A stretch of DNA of 63,221 bases, the filler included, from Reclinomonas americana ATCC 50394 (Eukaryota): assembly GCA_048213135.1 (NCBI GenBank). It is 11 parts of 11 records of this genome, joined end to end, with 100 filler letters (N's around TTAATTAATTAA, not from the genome) between each part and the next. Parts side by side here need not be neighbours in the genome. Positions count along the whole stretch, not along the records: positions 53,017 to 57,012 come from AFZH01020393.1; positions 57,113 to 59,817 come from AFZH01020394.1; positions 59,918 to 63,221 come from AFZH01020397.1; 8 more parts are not named here. One strand, written 5' to 3'. Both the position numbers and the translations under genes were made by a program. Under the pieces are notes generated by a model, which was not told the origin of the DNA, searched no databases, and saw nothing but the letters and a program-made list of their open reading frames with translations. Position 1 is the first letter of the stretch, and each line of letters starts with the position of its first letter. Of the stretch, positions 53,696 through 63,221 are shown one piece after another.

Positions 53696-56045
53696 TTACT
53701 TCTTTCCCGACAGGCACTTGCAGCTGCCGGCGACCGGGGCAAGCTCTGGCGGGTTGGTCGAGAAGACGACGCTCTGCACGCATGCAAGCAAGCCCCACAG
53801 GTACGGGTGAGTGACTGTGGCTCGCATCAGCGCGTAGGTAGGCTCGCCAACTGAGACGCAACATGGCAGCAGAAGACTCGGGCGCCCTGCTTGAAACCGA
53901 AATCGGTGGCCTGCAAATACCGTCGGAAAAAAGAGTGTAAGTCTACGCCTGCAGAGAAAAAGAGGCGGGCACGGACACGACTCACCGCGCAGCCGAACTT
54001 GCCAAAGTAGTTTGACAAGAAGGTGCACGGGGCCACAATCTGCGGCACGAGCATAAGGGACTGTAATTGCAAGTGAAAACTTCCAGCGAAGCATGTTTCG
54101 TACCTTGCCCTTGGCTCCGCCCTTGCCGTGCCCAGCAGGCTTAGGCTTTCCGGGATGACCCTTCTGTTAAACCAGCATGCAAGTAAGCAGCTGCTGTGCA
54201 TGCATTTTGTGCAAATCTGACGTCATGACGACATACCGGTCCGGTCTTGCGTGGCGGACTCTTGGGTCCAGGCTGCGCAGATGGACACATGTTTAGGCTG
54301 AGACGACGCAAGCAGATGAAGCTCTGAACCCCGACTGTACCTTGGTAGGATGGCCGGGCTTGGGCTGCACAGTGAGGTCCATCGATCAGTATACCGCGGT
54401 ATTGCCTTCTGTGTGGCTCACACACCTGCACACACACCTTGTTTCCGTGCGGCTTGGGCTTTCCGGGGTGTCCTTTGGCGGGGTGTCCCTTCTGCGGTAG
54501 CATGCAATGAGGATCCTAGGAGGCTTCGAGTGCGTGGCAAATGCAAGCTTGCAAGAATGTCACTCACCGGACCGGTCTTGCCAGGCGGACTATGCGGTGC
54601 AGGCTGCGGAGACGAATGAGTTCCCAAGAAGCAGGTACGTGGATTTCGGTCTCGTTAAGATGTACCTTGCCAGGCTTGCCATGCGCCGGTTTGGTGGGCT
54701 TGCCGGGCTTGACGGGCTTGCCAGTCGGCTTGCCAGGCTTTCCGGGCTTGCCTGCCGGCTTACCGGGCTTACCAGGATGAGCCGGCTTGCCAGGCTTACC
54801 GGGCTTTCCAGGCTTGTCTGCCGGCTTACCGGGCTTACCGGGCTTGCCTGCCGGCTTGCCTGGCTTGCCGGGCTTACCAGGCTTGTCTGTCGGCTTGCCT
54901 GGCTTTCCGGGCTTGCCTGCCGGCTTGCCGGGCTTTCCAGGCTTACCCGGCTTGCCGGGCTTGCCGGGCTTTCCAGGCTTGCCTGGCTTGTGCTTGTCGT
55001 CCTTGGCCGGCTGTTAGCATGCGCGCGAGTGAGCGTGTGCGCGCAAGTGGACGGTGAGAACTGACGACGTGAACGCGAACCTTGCCCTTCTTCTTGTCAT
55101 CCTTGCTCTTCTTGCCCTTCTTGTCGTCCTTCTTGCCGTCCTTCTTGCCGTCCTTGCTCTTCTTGATCTTGTCGCCCTGATAACGAGCTCGAGTTCAGTC
55201 ACCGGTGCACATCGCAGAGTGGAGGAGAAAGTGCCAAGAACTTTTCACCTTGCTGCTCTTTCCTCGCTTGCGACGACGGGCAGCCTGCATGACAAAGTCA
55301 AATGGCCGACAGACAGAGAGGGAAAGAGGCATGCATGGTCTCTCACCTTGCAGTACTCGAGATCTGCGTGTGAGAGAGAGAGAGACACGATTAGTGTCGG
55401 TGACGAGTGCAGCAGAGTGGAGCGGCACACGAATTCACCCTTGTCGTCGTCGGCAGTCTCCGAAAACCTGAAGTCCTCCTCGTTCTCCTCTTCTTCGTCC
55501 TCCTCATCCTCCTCCTCTTCCTCATCCTCATCGGCATCCTGTTCCTCCTCCTCCTCCTCCTCCTCCACAAACGAGTCTTCCTCCACAAACAAGTCTTCCT
55601 CGTCCTCGTCCTCCTCCTCCTCCTCCTCCTCCTCGTTGTCGATGGTGGCCTCGAGCTCGTCCTCCTCTTCGAATACGTTGTTCTCTTCTTCGTCGCTGAC
55701 GAAGAGGTTGGCATCGTCGAGATCCTCCACTGTGGGCGCGAAACGCATTAGCGCGCGAAAAAAGAAACGCATTGTGCGCGCGAAAAAACGCAGTCAGAAT
55801 AAAACGCACCAATCTGCTGCTGCTCCTCCTGCTTGCTCTCGCTCTCCACCAGCACGTCCTTGACCACCATCTCCTCATCCATGATTTCACCCTCTGCAGC
55901 AAATGCACGCGAAAAAAGGGAGTGAGTGTCGGTTCTCGCGACAGTGGAGCAAGAGGGAGGCAGACGCACGAGCCAAGCTGGCCGCACACGCCACAGCCAG
56001 CAGTGCCAGCAGAAGCGCCAGCAGCGTCACCTTGGAAGGCATCAT
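53696..56045 (-). CDS. Secreted multi-exon precursor: signal peptide - Asp/Glu-rich region - RRRKR - Lys-rich and (PGK)n repeats - His/Pro/Lys exons - short Cys-containing C-terminus
   Basis: [50 protein letters not shown]...; [32 protein letters not shown]. Exon 54666-55010 reads [17 protein letters not shown]..., followed by [18 protein letters not shown] and [25 protein letters not shown]. Likely end [10 protein letters not shown]. Exons have GT-AG boundaries. Confidence 0.8.
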
Positions 56046-56101
56046 GGTGTGCCTCCTCTCCAAATTAGTTGAGAGAAAATGAAAAAAATAGCCGTTCGTC
56101 T

Positions 56102-56122
56102 CCAAATTTTGGCGCGCAAAAA
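56102..56122. promoter_or_regulatory. E2F-like element CCAAATTTTGGCGCGCAAAAA upstream of the secreted (PGK)n gene
   Basis: Differs from the motif at 1927-1946 by one inserted G and lies ~57 nt upstream of ATG 56045. Confidence 0.4.
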
Positions 56123-56932
56123 CGCACTCGTACATGAACTTTTTCAGAGGATACCATATTCGCCAGAGAGATGGCACTCCACTCCACAGCAGCAGTAATA
56201 ATACCATCTTCAATGCGCCAGTGCCGAAGCGAATATGTCTGTCGTTGCCAACGAGAACGTTAACTGATTGGCCATGGATCCGGCCGCGGATGCATGGCGC
56301 GCAGCGTACATGTACACTGTAGATGCTAGCGCTTGAAGGAACATACAGCTGCAGTGCAGGATTTGCACAAAACTACTAAATGCGAGTGCTGGTCGCGGTG
56401 CGTCGGCAGATTGGCGGAGCGATGCTGCACTGGCACGAACAACAACATTCGAATTCGCGACCACAGCGGTTTCCACAAGTGAATGACCAGTCACCCTCTG
56501 GTACTGGTGCCAAACATCTACACCGTGTTCAATTACTTCACCTGCTTGTACAAGCACACCTTCTGCTGCTGTGTAAACGCGTTTACAGTCAATTTCGACA
56601 GTTTTTGCCGTTTTTCCGGCGCATTCGCGTCTGCAACAGAATGGCGGTGCTGCTGAGCGTGTTGCAGCACATTCAACCCTCTGGCCAAGCGTGTGCTATC
56701 TCAGTGCTGTTGTCCAGTCGGGAGGAAGTACTGATTCACTTCCACTGGCATTTTGTCCGAATTCGAATTCGTTCGAAAATTGGTTATTCCGCAATAAAAC
56801 CGCGTTTGCGAGTGATCGGTGATATCATACCTGCCTCTTTACGTCTTCGAGAGAGCGAAAGCAACTCACACACCAACAACAACAACAACAACAACAACAA
56901 CCCTCTTCCCTTTTTACCACAACCCATCCATC

Positions 56933-56966
56933 ATGAAGGTCGTCTGCGTCGGTGCTGGTTATGTCG
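56933..56966 (+). CDS. UGDH: First exon of a probable UDP-glucose 6-dehydrogenase (Rossmann-fold N-terminus); rest lost in the linker
   Basis: MKVVCVGAGYVG followed by a GTGAGT donor matches the UGDH N-terminal ICCIGAGYVGG motif. Only ~12 codons are visible. Confidence 0.6.
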
Positions 56967-57165
56967 GTGAGTCTCTCTCTCCCCCCACCTCCCTCTCCCT
57001 CTCCTTCTCCCANNNNNNNNNNNNNNNNNNNNNNNNNNNNNNNNNNNNNNNNNNNNTTAATTAATTAANNNNNNNNNNNNNNNNNNNNNNNNNNNNNNNN
57101 NNNNNNNNNNNNGCTCACTGCCGTCAGCCTCCCTGCTCACTCCTCCTCCTCCTTCTCTCGTGCAG

Positions 57166-58111
57166 CGCGTGTTGATGGCCTTTTGTGGTGCTGACCGGGC
57201 ACGCAATGCGCAACCGGAGCTGTATCAGCAACTGTTGGGGCGAGTCGATGCCGAGGTAGACAAGGTTGGACGGGATCAGATTTTCAAGGACCTGCACCGC
57301 ACGCTGCCGGGTGAACTGGAACCCGATCGCTTCGAGTTGCGTCTCTCTCGCGTGGCACACTAGTTTCTCTTGTCTCGCTCGTCTCACGTGTTGGTTGTAT
57401 CAGTGACCTGCAACACGTTCTCGAGGCCTACTACGTCTTCAATCAGCGCGTCGGCTACTGCCAGGGCATGAGTGGAATTGTGGCGTACTTTTTGATCACT
57501 GGCTTCTCGCCGGAGGAGGCGTTCTGGATGCTCGTGCGCCTCATCGATGTCTACTTCCCCGAGTACTTCACGCCAACTTTGCGTGGCGTGCGTATCGACG
57601 TGATGGTCTTCATGGAGCTCATTCGACAAAAGATGCCGCGCGTGTACGAGCGCATGCTACACTGTGGCGTGTGCACCGACATGTTCAGCTACCCGTGGTT
57701 CATGACGTGCTTCACAGCCACATTCCCCGTGGCCTCACTGGAGCACTTTTGGCCGTGGTGCATCTACGAAGGCAGCAAGTTCCTCTTCATGGTGGCACTC
57801 GGCCTGATGAAGAAGTTTGAAGGTTGGTCGGATTCGCGATCCCAAGTTCCTCGTTTGTTCGTGTTTACTCATTATTACGTCGAATGACTGCAGCCGACCT
57901 GCTGGCCTGCTCATCGCTGGAGGACATGCTGTTTGTGTTCCAGAGCATCGGAGGTGACACAATGCTCTTCAAGCGGCCGCCGGATCGTGTGCCGCAGTGG
58001 GACGAGGCTCGTCTCGATCAGGACTTCATCGCCAAGTATGCTCTCTCGTGGGGCATCAAGAGCAAGGAGTTGCAGCGGTTACGCGAGATCGCAGGCGAGA
58101 AGATACCATGA
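57166..58111 (+). CDS. TBC-domain Rab GTPase-activating protein, 3' part
   Basis: Arg finger QIFKDLHRTLP and Gln finger VGYCQGMS, plus EEAFWMLV, YPWFMTCF and EGSKFLFMVALGL. Stop at 58111. Confidence 0.93.
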
Positions 58112-58294
58112 GACGCGTGGGACACACATGCCTTGTTAGTAGACCAAGAAATGAATCGTGTTGTACTAGTATTGCAAGAACGACACACACGCTCACATCT
58201 GCGTTACCAAACATGGTGTAGCTCGTTTACTACTGACTTTTGTTCGTTCATCGCTGGTAGTGTTTTTGCTTTCCTGTGTTTTTTTTTGTTGTTC

Positions 58295-59817
58295 CTACCG
58301 CGATGTTCGTGAACTCGGGCGCGCACGTGATGGCTGCGCAGAAGGCGAGCGACAGTGAGCAACGACGATCCGCATGGCTGGTGGAAGGGTAAGACAAGCA
58401 GAGCACAACACACACCGCACACACCTCCACGCGTTTCGTGGAGCTGCTTCGCCCACTGTTCTGTGGGTTGTCGTCGGACGGTGGCGCATACTTGGCCAGT
58501 TCGCGCTTCAGTCGCTCGATTTCGCGCTGCTTGCCCTGCAGCACTTGTCGGTATCGAATCTCCTTTTGTGCCATCTGCACACCGCGCATGGTGAGTTGCA
58601 GAAGCGGACGCGCGGCGAGAGGGGTGAGTGCAAGACCTCGGATGTTTCGGCCTGGAAGTGCGCTTCTAGCTCACGAATGGCAGACTTTTTCCGCTGCTCG
58701 TCCGTCTGCTCACGCCTTGGGTCAGCAACGGTGCGGAACAGGGATAGTGAGTGAGAGAGCGAAGATCTGTGCGCACACCTTCTTGGCGTGCGTCAGCACC
58801 GAGCTGTGCCGCCTCAGTCTCTTCATCTGCTCGTCGGATTTCTGCAGCTCAGCACTCTTCTCCGCCACCAGCTCGCGCATATATGTCAACTCTGATTGCA
58901 CTCGATCCAGCAGTTTCTGCGCACACAAACAAGCAGGCGGGAGTGAGGGCGGTGGTCGGGGGAGCGGAAGGACTTGGGTAGAACGAGAGACGCAACTGCA
59001 GGCACCATTTCTTGCTGCACGGTCGAAAAAAGACACACATTCGCGGTAAGTACACACGACTCTCTCTCCCTCCCTCTCTCTTGCCCCTCTCTCCCGCTCA
59101 CGCACCTCAGTCTCCTCGCGTACTTTGCTTGCATTCAAGCCCACAATGTCAATGTCGGTCAGACTCCTCGCCGACAGACCAGGCGACGGTGTGCGCATCG
59201 GCGACGAGCGATTGAGGTGCACCGCACTGGAGGAGCGCGCGGTGACCGGCTCAGACGGTGGCAGCGAGGCCAGTCCAGACAGACGCGACGTGAGCCGTTC
59301 GATACGATCCTGCTGGGCGCGCACAGTGCGATCCAGTTGCGCAGCGAGGTCGTTGGCGCGACGAAGCTGCAACATTAATGGTCAACACAGGCACACATGG
59401 CACATAAGAGTCGCGCGACGACGCACCTCCGCGTGCAGACATTGCTTCTCTGTGCGCAGCGCCTTGAACTCGCGCTCATTATCTTGCTGCATGTCTTCTC
59501 GCACCTGCACGCACTGTGTTGGCCACGAGAGCGAAACGACGCGGGGAGAATGGTGGGGGACGCAACTCGTCGCACGGCATTGGCCACGCGCTCATCGTTG
59601 CGCACCTTCATGGCGCTCAGCTGGCGCTGGTGCTCCTTCTCTTGCTCAGCCAACTGTGAACACCAGTCACATCAGCACTCACGAGAACGACACTCTGGCA
59701 CGGCCTCGTGTTGTCTCTCGCACCTTGGCCTCAATGGCCTCCAACTTGTACACCAACTCCAAGTGATAGTTCTGCAACTCCGACCGCTGCTCCCTCTCCA
59801 TCCGTGCAATGTGCGAC
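58295..59817 (-). CDS. 3' part of a multi-exon coiled-coil protein
   Basis: Heptad-rich exons LAEQEKEHQRQLSAMK, LLDRVQSELTYMRELVAEKSAELQKSDEQMKRL and YRQVLQGKQREIERLKREL. Predicted last exon PSRARPSSRTSR*. Confidence 0.65.
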
Positions 59818-59998
59818 NNNNNNNNNNNNNNNNNNNNNNNNNNNNNNNNNNNNNNNNNNNNTTAATTAATTAANNNNNNNNNNNNNNNNNNNNNNNNNNN
59901 NNNNNNNNNNNNNNNNNACACAAAAATGCTATTGTTCATCCATGATCAGTGTAAGTACAGCAGGTGATTAGAAAAAACCCAAGCGGTGGCCGCAGCCG

Positions 59999-62900
59999 TC
60001 AGTCAGCGTTGGCGCGGAACACGGACGACGAAACCGACCGACGACGCTGTGCGAAGACCGAAAAAAATGTCAGCAACTCAAACACCACCACAGCAGACTG
60101 CGGTCTCGTCGAACCTCCAAGTCCTGCAACTCGGCGCGCCTCGGTGCACCCACATCGCCACCGTCAGCCGGTCGGTTCAGAGAGAGACCGCGCACACGAG
60201 TGGCCACCGTGCCCACTGGTACGTCGGCCACCGGCAGACCAGCACTGCCGCGCGTTCCTCGTGGACCAGCCAGCAACATATCCATGGCAGTCATGGTCTC
60301 TGAAACCACCACTGCCGGCGGCGTTGGCGACGGCGATCTGGGAGATCCGGTGACGGCGGTGGGGTCTGTCACCGACGTCGCCGATGACGTGGGCGACATG
60401 ACTGATGGGTTGCTGAGGCGCCGTGGGGGCAGAGGCGGCACACCGTTGGCCCGCGGCGATGCATGCGTCGCTTGTGTTGCTGAAGCCACGTCTGGGACTG
60501 CAGTGGCAGGGCGGTCGACAGCCTGTCGTGCTTGATCACAACTGCACACAAACACGTCTCCTTGTGGGTTGCCAGCGACACACACACATCAATCACAAGC
60601 GCAGCGCACGATACCTGTGGGCAATCTGGTGCAACAGCGTGTCGAGTGTGCGTCGGAGATGCGCAGCAGCTGCATCGTCTGCAGCACGCCAATGAAAAGA
60701 AAAAGTGAGATTCCAGCCTCGATGGCATGTGCGCGCATGCATCCTCTTGTCTCACCTGCTGCACTTGGTGTTGACGACGGCTGTTGGTGGTGCTTCGCCT
60801 CCTCGAGCTTCGCAACCAGAGCGTCCGCTCGGGCACGCTCCGCTTGCGTCTCTCCCGCATGCGAGTCACGTTCCTTCTGGCACTGCTCCAGCGCCGCCGT
60901 CAGCTCGGCCACACGAGTGCGCTCCGCTTGCAACTCTGCTGCTCGTGCCGTGCGTTCCTTGTCGGTTGACGAGGTCAGGTTTTGGAACTTGATCTCCCAC
61001 ATCATCTTCTCGTCCATGAGGTTGACAAAGTCGGCGGCCGTCTCTGTCGTCTCGTTGCGTGCCACCTTCAACTGCTGCTGCAAATCCTACGTCGGCAGAG
61101 AGAGAGAGAGAGAGCGAGGATGCGTCAGCGCCGTGTGCACTGCACTCTCCACCACCGCTTCTTCCCCACCTCAATTGTGCGCTGCTGTTCTGCCGCACTG
61201 GCCCCGGACGCAGCCTGCGATTGATGTGCCTCTGCCTCCGCCTTCAGTCGATCCACTTCAGCGCGTAGCGTCTGCAACACACACGATTCTTAGCAGCTGC
61301 GCGAAGAGACTCTCCATTCCGTCCCACACTGCATTTTTAACAGACCTCATTGTCGGACTCCACATCGCTCATGGCTGCTCGCGTGTCCATCAGCTGCTGT
61401 TGCACAGCTCGTGAAGTCGACGACAGCTGCTTGTATTGCTCCTCCAGTTGCTCTGCGAAGCAATAGTGCATCTGCTGTAAGCAAAGGTCACATCGTCACC
61501 CACGTCATTGTCTTCCACGAAACTGTGTGCGGCTGTCTCCTGCTCCAGCTGCTGCTGCAAATGCTCGTCGGCACCGGCAGCTGTCGTCACAGTCTCCAGT
61601 TGTGTAGTGAGCTGTGTGTCGATGAGTCCACGAGCGCAGTGGTGACAAGACGTCAACGACGTGCCAGCACACACCTTGGCATTGTCGGCTTTGAGACGAT
61701 CTCGCTCCTCCTCCAGCAGCGCCGTCGTCTTGGCGTGCTGGGCTTGCAGAGTGTGCAGACCTTGCGCCAGTTGACCCAGTTCACGAGTGTGTTCCACTGT
61801 GCGCAACACCACCACCAACAACAACAACAATACAGGAAGTGCGTGACAGTGTCAGTAGTGCTCGGCGACTCGTGGCAGACCACACACGACTGCGACGCAC
61901 ATTTGTTGTCTTCCAGGCTCTTGACGGCGCCTCGCAATTTCTCCACTTCAGCACTCTTTTCAGCTGCTGCGCTCCGAGCTGACGATGAACGGTGAGTTGA
62001 GGGAGTCGCGCTTGTGCATGCGGTCGGTTAGACAAACCTCGCTCGAGATCGGCTTGCAGTTCCGTGACCTGGCGCTCGAGACGTGCACGCTGTTCACGCT
62101 CGGTTGCCAGGGAGGCCTCAAGGGCCGCGACAGCGGAGCTGTCCGCAGATTTTCCACCAGCAGCTGGCGCCGTAGTACCGTCACTCTCCAGTTCTCGCTG
62201 CTCGATTTGGCGTTCGCGCGCACGCAGCGCGGCGTGCATATCCGCCAGCTCCCTGAATGCCGTCGATTAGAAAACATGGCATTCCCTCTCCCTCTCAAAC
62301 ACATGCATACGCTCGCGCACACACACCTCTGACGTTCTGCCAGCAGTTCGATAGCCGGATCGTCGGAGTTGCCGACAGAGGCCAACTCGCGACCGGCCTG
62401 CGCCACCGACCGCTCAAAATCAACCTCCTTTCGAAGCAGCGCTGTGCGGCGCTTCTCTAATGCGTTTTCGCGCTGGTCGAGTTCGCGTTCACGAGTCTCG
62501 ATAGCGGCCTCTCGCGTCTCCAGTCGCCGCTGACTGAAAACGTGCACACTCATCTTCAGTTCGTCGCCAATGGAGAGGCGACGATTGACAGCCTCCTCTT
62601 CCACACCCTGTGCCAGAGCGGCGTTACGAGCACGTCCCGCTGCCTTGCTGCCGCTGGAGGCCGACGATGCAGGAGGCGCTGCTGGTGTTGGCGTTGCGGT
62701 GGCTGCTTGATGCGCAGTCGCAGGTACTGTCGCCGCCGCTGCTGCTGCTGACAATGGCGGTGCTGGCGAGTCGAGCACCAGCGACTTGACTTCTGTTGCT
62801 GCGTTCGTCGCCACCAGCGGCGTAGCCGGTGTGAGCGGTGGCGGTGGTGGCGTTGGGTCGGGTGAAATGAACTGCTGCTGGTGAACGTGCTGGTGTGGGG

Positions 62901-63221
62901 GCGTTTCCAGCACCGGTACAGCGTCGCTCGACCCTGCCGGTGTGCCGGGCGAAGTCGGTGACACGCTCACCACCTCCTCCTCCTCCTGCACCTCCTGCCC
63001 CTCGCCCTCCTCCTGCTTCCTGCTCTCTTGCGCCTACACAGACAGACAGCAGTGAGCAAAACGACAGTACAGGCGTCGCACCTCCTCTTCCCGCACACCC
63101 GACGCACCACTTCCGCAGCCACAGACGCCTCCGCCGCGACGTGAATCGTCTTGCTCTCCTGCACGCATGCATGAGACACTCATCTTCCCTGCTCCCTTGT
63201 CCAACGCACACGCACCTCTGT
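59999..63221 (-). CDS. Multi-exon Pro-rich/coiled-coil protein (5' end outside the window)
   Basis: RRLETREAAIETRERELDQRENALEKRR, LEASLATEREQRARLERQVTELQ, ELQAERTRVAELTAALEQ. The last exon RRRSVSSSVFRANAD* ends at 59999, so this gene is separate from the one at 58295-59817. Confidence 0.65.

Noticed and set aside
54507..55064. Plus-strand collagen-like (LPG)n ORFs
   Set aside because: Antisense of the (PGK)n exon; splice signals and the signal peptide support the minus strand.
56933..58111. UGDH exon and TBC domain as one fusion gene
   Set aside because: Separated by a linker; the rest of UGDH and the TBC N-terminus are simply missing.

Overview
This is eukaryotic nuclear DNA, not prokaryotic. 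It is intron-rich (GT-AG), has GC-rich exons, and its introns are full of CT/GA microsatellites and minisatellites. An SFI1-like gene and other cytoskeletal-type genes point to a flagellated unicellular eukaryote, but the lineage cannot be fixed from this window. The window consists of 11 segments joined by ten artificial 100-nt linkers (44 N + TTAATTAATTAA + 44 N), so adjacency across linkers is only sometimes supported. I reconstructed about 22 complete or partial spliced genes by hand. Clearly recognisable: KIN17, CstF-50 (CSTF1), a UBE2Z-like E2, a TBC Rab-GAP, an SFI1-like centrin-binding protein, a KCTD9-like BTB-pentapeptide protein, two LRR proteins, an ankyrin/polyQ protein and the first exon of UDP-glucose dehydrogenase. 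Most notable: (1) a secreted precursor with an acidic pro-region, an RRRKR site and a Lys/Pro/Gly (PGK)n region with silaffin-like organisation; (2) a coiled coil-IRAK/Pelle-like (pseudo)kinase-RING fusion; (3) a NACHT-pentapeptide-14xWD40 NLR-like receptor; (4) a spliced 10-Cys secreted peptide starting 19 nt after the upstream stop; (5) a 41-aa tandem repeat in the SFI1 tail; (6) recurrent GTTGCG 5' splice sites. Exon boundaries are manual and approximate unless stated, and most entries in the supplied ORF track are spurious low-complexity or antisense ORFs.
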